A DNA stretch of 43,022 nt from a virus. Its lineage: Duplodnaviria; Caudoviricetes. Position numbers and translations under genes: made by a program. The notes below the pieces were generated by a model. It saw nothing but the letters and a program-made list of their open reading frames with translations. It did not search any database and had not been told where the DNA came from. Position 1 is the first letter of the stretch, and each line of letters starts with the position of its first letter. Shown here piece by piece: positions 37,367 to 43,022 of this stretch. The DNA is taken from positions 1 to 43,022 of IMG/VR virus record IMGVR_UViG_3300006123_000021. One strand, written 5' to 3'.

Positions 37367-40300
37367 ATGGCAAATTCATTTAATTTTCCGTCAAGCCCAT
37401 CGATAAACCAGACCTATACCTTTGGAACAAAGACATGGGTTTGGAATGGGAGTGCATGGCAATTACAACTTGTTCCGATTCCTGCATACACAGTAGCAAA
37501 CAGTGCTTATGCTGCTGCTAATCTTGCCTACACTCAAGCAAATGCAGTTAATACTTTATTGGCCAATGCTTCTACTGGAACCAACGGTTCTATTCTCTTT
37601 TTACAAAACAACACTATCGTCAGCAGTTATGCGAATTTAAACTATACCAGTTCTGGTCTTGGCATTAACACCAATGGACCAGCTTCTGCAGCTCTTGACG
37701 TTCATGGTAGTGCATCGTTTACACAAAACGTCACAATTCTTGGAAACTTGACAGTTGTCGGTACAACAACTACAACTAATACTGGTAATCTTTCCGTTTC
37801 TAACTCAACAATCGTATTGAATGCAAATCTTAATTCAAATACACCACCATCATTAAATGCTCAAATTGTTGTTGATCGTGGTAACCAACCTAATGCATAT
37901 TTGAGATGGGATGAGGCTCATGGTCAATGGGTTGCCAATAATGGTATAAGCGAAGGATTCTTATTAGAAGGTCCAATGGTCTACAAGACATTAGCAGCTG
38001 CCATTTCTGATTCAACTGCTAATCAAAACAACATTCCTGTTTCAGCTAACGTTTCTAATCAAAATTACACATTAGCAAATACTGCGAACAATACTGCTAA
38101 TGCTGCTTACTATACTGCTAATCTTGCGATTGATGCTGCTAACTCATCATTAAACATTTTCGCGAATAGTGGTGTCGTTCAAACTAATTCGCATAATGTA
38201 ACATTTAATAATACAGCATCAATTAATGCTTCTGTTATTTCAAATACAAGTGGACCTAATATTTCGTTCACTGTAAATACTGCATCATACGATTGGGGTG
38301 GTGGTGCTAATAGTTCTGCTCAAACAACTTTCGGCACAATTAACACAAACATTACAAATGTTAATACCAATGCAATTAATGCGTATGGTGAGGCTAACTT
38401 AGCATATGCTGCTGCCAATTCTGCCGCTAACACTGTAAGAGTTTCTGTAAACAGCGGTTCTACAATCAACGCAGCTGCTGGAATTAACTTTGTAAACACA
38501 GCTAATGCCGTTATAACTGTAACAACAGCGCCAGATGGCAATGCTAATGTTTACATAAACACTGTTCAGGGTACGCAAGGAGTTCAAGGAACTCAGGGTA
38601 TTCAAGGAACACAAGGTGTTCAAGGGACTCAGGGTATACAAGGCGTCCAAGGTCAAAGCATCCAAGGTATCCAAGGTCTTCAAGGTGTTCAAGGAACTCA
38701 AGGTATTCAGGGTGTCCAGGGTCTTCAAGGTATTGCATCTCTATCACCAAGTAACTACCTTGCTCAAGTATTAGTATCATCAGATCAAACTATTGCTAAT
38801 GCAACTGATACGAAAATCACTTGGAACATTGCTGAATATGACCCTCAAGGATGGTTGAGTTCAGCAAACGTAAAACCAACTATTGCTGGTTACTATCAAG
38901 TCACTTGTTCCGCTTGGTTGACGCAAGGTTCAGGTTCAACTAGCCAATATAACATGCAGATTCGCAAAAACGGATCTACAGTTGACATAACACAAGAACC
39001 TTTTGCAAACACTGGTTCTGGAACCTCTCTTGTTTCAACAAGATTCATTTATTTAAATGGTACGACAGACTATATTGACACCACAGTGTATAATGGTGGT
39101 AATGCAAGCGTTACACTACAACACACTAATGGTACTTACTTAACAGTTTCCCTTGTCGCTTATGGTACTGCTGGTCCACAAGGTACACAGGGTGTACAAG
39201 GTCAAGCTGTTCAAGGTATTCAAGGTCTACAAGGAACACAAGGTACTCAAGGTGTTCAGGGTACGCAAGGTCTACAAGGAACTCAAGGTACACAAGGAAC
39301 TCAAGGCATCCAAGGAACACAAGGTCCACAAGGAACTCAAGGTGTTCAAGGAACACAGGGTGTTCAGGGCACACAAGGCATTCAAGGTATCCAAGGTGTT
39401 CAGGGTCAATCAATCCAAGGTACACAAGGTATTCAAGGTGTACAAGGCACTCAAGGCGCTCAAGGTATTCAGGGTGTACAGGGTCAGAGCATTCAAGGTG
39501 TTCAGGGTATTCAAGGTATCCAAGGCGCGTCTACTGCTGGTGGATCAAATACTCAAGTTCAATTTAATAATAATGGTGGCTTGAATGGTAGTGCAAATTT
39601 AATATTTGATTTAACATCAAACACATTATCCGCATATGCTGTAAATACTACAACAATTATAGTTCCAACAACACCAGCTGGAAACTTAACATATATTGGT
39701 GCATATGCTCCAGGTTCTGTTGACATTTTCAGTAATGATGCTAATACCAACGCTTATGTTGAATTAAACTATGCAAACTCAACTTATGTTTATGCACAAA
39801 CAAGATTTGCTGGTCTAGAATCTACAAATACTAATCTTTGGATTGATGATGTAACCAGTCAGATTGTATTGATTGCAAACAATACATCAAATGTTGCGAT
39901 GACAATGTATGGTAATGCTGTGACTGGATATCCAGGAACTTTTGTTGTCACAACAATAAATGCTACAAGTTTTAGAACATCAGCTGGATTGGATGTAGTT
40001 GGTCAGGCTAATAACGCATACGCTCAAGCTAATTTGGCATACACGGCTGCTAATTCTGCACAAACCCAAGCCAATACAGTATATGTACAGGCTAATAATG
40101 CTTACGCTCAAGCCAACTTAGCATACACTGCTGCAAACACAGGTCAAACAACAGCCAATCTTGCTTATGCTAATGCTAACTTAGCTCTTACAACTGCAAA
40201 TAGTGCTTATTCGCAAGCAAACGCAGCCTATGGTCAGGCAAACAGTGCTTATGGTCAAGCCAATGCAGCTTACACTGCAGCAAACAATGCTAAAGTTACA

Positions 40301-40819
40301 GTTTATGCAAACAGTGCATCTTCTGTTACAACTAATGGCATAAACTTTATCAATACATCTTCTATTCTTGTTTCTGTTGGATCTGATGGAGCAGGAAACG
40401 CTAACGTCTCATTAGCATTAGCAAACTCTAACTCGAGCAGCTTTGCATTTACTGGTGATGGTATCGGAAATACATATTCTTTAGGTGTATCGCTTACCAA
40501 TTTAAATAATATTATTGTAACTGTTGACGGTGTTGTTCTGCTTCCAACAACAGACTATACTGTTTCAGGTTCAACTCTAACTATTTTAAACTTTACACCA
40601 GAAAGTGGTGCGCAAATTGAAGCGAGAACAATCAATGGTGGTGGCGGTGGCAGTTCGTATGCATTACCAACTGCTTCTACAACAGTATTAGGTGGTGTGA
40701 AAGTTGACGGATCCACAATCACAATTAATGGTAGTGGTGTAATCAGCTCATCTGGTGGTGGCGGTTCAGTAAGTGGACCTGCTTTATTCGTTCCATCGTT
40801 TTTGCTTGGTGGAATGTAA
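37367..40819 (+). CDS. Modular fibre protein with heptad repeats, two G-X-Q collagen tracts and an internal C1q-like domain
   Basis: N-terminal FP.SP...QTYT.G..W.WNG.AW; G-X-Q tracts at 38570-38731 and 39173-39526; GGSNTQVQFN motif; AN heptads; C-terminal F.GDG...V.VDGV...P..DYTVSG.TL and LP.AS...LGGVKV modules. Confidence 0.85.
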   Translation: MANSFNFPSSPSINQTYTFGTKTWVWNGSAWQLQLVPIPAYTVANSAYAAANLAYTQANAVNTLLANASTGTNGSILFLQNNTIVSSYANLNYTSSGLGINTNGPASAALDVHGSASFTQNVTILGNLTVVGTTTTTNTGNLSVSNSTIVLNANLNSNTPPSLNAQIVVDRGNQPNAYLRWDEAHGQWVANNGISEGFLLEGPMVYKTLAAAISDSTANQNNIPVSANVSNQNYTLANTANNTANAAYYTANLAIDAANSSLNIFANSGVVQTNSHNVTFNNTASINASVISNTSGPNISFTVNTASYDWGGGANSSAQTTFGTINTNITNVNTNAINAYGEANLAYAAANSAANTVRVSVNSGSTINAAAGINFVNTANAVITVTTAPDGNANVYINTVQGTQGVQGTQGIQGTQGVQGTQGIQGVQGQSIQGIQGLQGVQGTQGIQGVQGLQGIASLSPSNYLAQVLVSSDQTIANATDTKITWNIAEYDPQGWLSSANVKPTIAGYYQVTCSAWLTQGSGSTSQYNMQIRKNGSTVDITQEPFANTGSGTSLVSTRFIYLNGTTDYIDTTVYNGGNASVTLQHTNGTYLTVSLVAYGTAGPQGTQGVQGQAVQGIQGLQGTQGTQGVQGTQGLQGTQGTQGTQGIQGTQGPQGTQGVQGTQGVQGTQGIQGIQGVQGQSIQGTQGIQGVQGTQGAQGIQGVQGQSIQGVQGIQGIQGASTAGGSNTQVQFNNNGGLNGSANLIFDLTSNTLSAYAVNTTTIIVPTTPAGNLTYIGAYAPGSVDIFSNDANTNAYVELNYANSTYVYAQTRFAGLESTNTNLWIDDVTSQIVLIANNTSNVAMTMYGNAVTGYPGTFVVTTINATSFRTSAGLDVVGQANNAYAQANLAYTAANSAQTQANTVYVQANNAYAQANLAYTAANTGQTTANLAYANANLALTTANSAYSQANAAYGQANSAYGQANAAYTAANNAKVTVYANSASSVTTNGINFINTSSILVSVGSDGAGNANVSLALANSNSSSFAFTGDGIGNTYSLGVSLTNLNNIIVTVDGVVLLPTTDYTVSGSTLTILNFTPESGAQIEARTINGGGGGSSYALPTASTTVLGGVKVDGSTITINGSGVISSSGGGGSVSGPALFVPSFLLGGM
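38570..39526 (+). repeat. Two G-X-Q collagen-like 9-bp repeat tracts
   Basis: CAAGGT-type 9-bp periodicity; GTQ/GVQ/GIQ/GLQ triplets separated by a non-repetitive domain of about 145 aa. Confidence 0.92.
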
Positions 40820-40831
40820 TAGGAGAAATTA

Positions 40832-41173
40832 ATGGCAAATACAGTATATAAAATTCTTGGACAATTAGATTCAACTGGAACAACCAACCAGGACATCTAC
40901 ACTGTTCCAACTACTCCAGCAACAAACACAATTGTCTCAACAATTGTTATTACAAATAGATCTTTGGCTAACCAATCTTACTCTATTTTAGTAAGAAAAA
41001 ATGGCGCTTCAGCAGCGAATGCACAGTATATCGCATACAACTCTCCAGTTCCTGCTCTTGATGCTGTTGCATTGACTTTAGGACTTTCTTTGGGCGCGAA
41101 TGATGTTATTACTGCAAACTCAAGTACAGCATATAACGTGTCATTTAATATATTTGGAACGGAGTTAAGTTAA
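40832..41173 (+). CDS. Conserved small beta-sandwich virion protein
   Basis: YKILGQ.......IYTVP......VSTI.I.N, YIAY...V...D...LTLG.SL...DVI......SFNIFG.E; SD AGGAG. Confidence 0.75.
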   Translation: MANTVYKILGQLDSTGTTNQDIYTVPTTPATNTIVSTIVITNRSLANQSYSILVRKNGASAANAQYIAYNSPVPALDAVALTLGLSLGANDVITANSSTAYNVSFNIFGTELS

Positions 41174-41174
41174 T

Positions 41175-42812
41175 ATGTCTCTTAAAGACGTTGCAACTCA
41201 AAATCTTGCAAGAAGAAATTTCAATCAAACCAACATTGTTAATCCAGCATTACAAGTACCTATAACTTATCTTGTTGTTGGCGGTGGAGGTGGAGGAGCA
41301 AGATATTGGGGCGGCGGCGGTGGCGCAGGTGGTGTTGTTGCAGGCACTAACCTTTTATCTGTAGGAACATCATTGACTGTTGCTGTTGGTGGCGGTGGTG
41401 CAGGAAATACTTCCCAAACTGCATCTTCTAACATGCACGGAGCAAACGGTTCAAACTCATCTATAACATTTACAGCAAACAGTGCTCTTTTTGCTGCTAA
41501 TGCTGTTGGTGGTGGTTACGGTAACGGTGGAAACAGCTCTGTAAATAACGGTGCTGCTGGTGGCTCTGGAGGTGGAGCTGGCGGCGGCGGTGCAACAGGA
41601 AATGCTGGAACTGGTGGAAGTGGTGTTTCAGGTCAAGGTTTTGCTGGTGGTGGTAATGGCGGCTTCAGTGGCGGCGGCGGTGGTGGTGCTGGTGCTGTTG
41701 GTGGCACAGGAACTGGTACAGCTGACAACTTTGGTGTTGCTGGAAACGGTGGAATTGGTATTTCTACTGGAATAATTACAACTGCAATCGCAACAGCTAA
41801 TGCTGTCGGAAACGTTTCTAATAACACTGTTTGGTTTGCTGGCGGTGGCGGCGGTTCTGCTTCTACTCTTGGACTTGGTGGTCTTGGTGGTGGTGGAAAC
41901 GGTTCAAACAACAGTGTTGCAGATACAAGTTCTCAAGCTAACACTGGTGGTGGTGGCGGTGGTGGATCATTCGCTTCTAGCACAAACTATTACGGAACTG
42001 CTGGAAGTGGCGGCTGTGTAATATTAACATACACATATGCAACACAAAGAGCAACTGGTGGAACTGCTGTATTTTCATATGCAGCAAATACATCAGGAAG
42101 CGTTTCATTTAACGGCACAGCAAACCAATATTTAACAATGAGTAATACTGGAGTGCAATTAGGCACTAACAATTTTACAATAGAATGTTGGACATATTTA
42201 ATAAATCGAACAAGCACTTTTCCTGCAATTTGGAGTAATTATAACTCTTATACGACTGGAAGTTTATCTTTATTTGCAGGGCATGGATCAGCAAATACAT
42301 CTGAATATCAAGTTGCAATCAATGGTGCAGCATTTCCTGTAATTCAAAGTAGCGCAGCAATATCATATAATACTTGGGTGCATTTGGCAGTAGTTCGTAA
42401 TAGTGGAGTTATTACATTATATGTCAATGGACAGGCTAATGGAACATATTCAACATCAGCATCACTAAATGGTTCTGGATCTAATTTCTATATTGGTACA
42501 ACTGGAGATTCAATATCAACCAGTTTTTTAAATGGATATATTTCAAATCTTCGTGTTGTTAATGGAACTGCTCTCTATACAAGCAACTTTACTCCACCAA
42601 CATCACCATTAATAGCTATTAGTGGAACTACACTATTGACATGTCAAGATTCACTTGGTGCTGGTAGATTTTATGATTATGGACCATATGCACTTACGAT
42701 AACTGGAAACTCTAATGTTGCAGTCACAAGTGTGCAACCAAGTACCTTTCCAACAGCTACAAACTGGGTTCACCTCTTCACTGGCGGTGGAACTTTTGTG
42801 TTGACTAATTAA
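41175..42812 (+). CDS. Glycine-rich adhesin-like protein with an inserted concanavalin A-like lectin/LamG domain
   Basis: YLVVGGGGGG..GGGGAGG, ANTGGGGGG, GSGG.VI..Y Gly-rich domain; FTIECW.Y, W.HLAVVR.SG...LYVNG, GYISNLRVV.G.A.YT.NFTPP LamG signature. Confidence 0.85.
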   Translation: MSLKDVATQNLARRNFNQTNIVNPALQVPITYLVVGGGGGGARYWGGGGGAGGVVAGTNLLSVGTSLTVAVGGGGAGNTSQTASSNMHGANGSNSSITFTANSALFAANAVGGGYGNGGNSSVNNGAAGGSGGGAGGGGATGNAGTGGSGVSGQGFAGGGNGGFSGGGGGGAGAVGGTGTGTADNFGVAGNGGIGISTGIITTAIATANAVGNVSNNTVWFAGGGGGSASTLGLGGLGGGGNGSNNSVADTSSQANTGGGGGGGSFASSTNYYGTAGSGGCVILTYTYATQRATGGTAVFSYAANTSGSVSFNGTANQYLTMSNTGVQLGTNNFTIECWTYLINRTSTFPAIWSNYNSYTTGSLSLFAGHGSANTSEYQVAINGAAFPVIQSSAAISYNTWVHLAVVRNSGVITLYVNGQANGTYSTSASLNGSGSNFYIGTTGDSISTSFLNGYISNLRVVNGTALYTSNFTPPTSPLIAISGTTLLTCQDSLGAGRFYDYGPYALTITGNSNVAVTSVQPSTFPTATNWVHLFTGGGTFVLTN

Positions 42813-42824
42813 CAGGGAATAATT

Positions 42825-43022
42825 ATGGCACACTATGCGCAAGTAAATGAACATAATATTGTAACGCAAGTTACTAAAGTTGATGATGTTAATGAACCAA
42901 CAGAAGAAGCTGGGTCAAATTACTGCAACTCTTTGTTTGGTGGAAGATGGATTAAGACAAGTTACAACACACATAATAATGTGCATTATGGTGAAGATGG
43001 AAGACCTGATGGAAAACCAGCG
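42825..43022 (+). CDS. Hypothetical protein, 3' truncated (common partner of Gly-rich proteins)
   Basis: MAHYAQVNEHNIVTQV...E..G..YC..LFGG.W.KTSYNT; SD AGGGA; runs off the window end. Confidence 0.75.
   Translation, partial: MAHYAQVNEHNIVTQVTKVDDVNEPTEEAGSNYCNSLFGGRWIKTSYNTHNNVHYGEDGRPDGKPA

Noticed and set aside
38320-39584. Several overlapping ORFs over the G-X-Q collagen tracts
   Set aside because: Repeat-induced shadow frames.
1-43022. Stop-codon reassignment (no called gene ends in TAG)
   Set aside because: All genes are intact under the standard code with no in-frame TAG or TGA; TAA dominance fits the AT-rich genome.

Overview
AT-rich window from a large T4-like myophage (Tevenvirinae/T4 superfamily, resembling uncultured environmental T4-like phages). 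It starts with the 3' end of the helicase loader gene (gp59) and the ssDNA-binding protein gp32. A minus-strand late block follows (gp4, gp2, gp54/gp19-like tube initiator, gp26, gp51, tape-measure/hub protein with a C-terminal lysozyme-like domain). The rest is a long plus-strand late block: gp48, gp53, gp27-like, gp5, gp25, gp6, gp7, gp8, a split VrlC/DUF4815-type structural protein, and about 16 kb of fibre/adhesin genes (collagen, heptad coiled-coil, C1q-like, LamG, Gly-rich, S74 chaperone) with an embedded 2OG-Fe(II) prolyl-hydroxylase-like gene. Most notable observations: (1) a U_UUU_UUU slippery site that would fuse gp26 to gp51 by a -1 frameshift directly upstream of the tape measure gene, like lambda gpG/gpGT; (2) saturation of the outer virion proteins with an Ala-Asn motif, suggesting a virion-wide modification code; (3) a collagen fibre next to a prolyl-hydroxylase-like enzyme; (4) an RBS-occluding hairpin with a late promoter in its loop; (5) repeated domain-within-domain insertions. 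All family assignments come from recalled motifs and gene order, not database searches. No tRNA, rRNA, CRISPR array or mobile element was seen.
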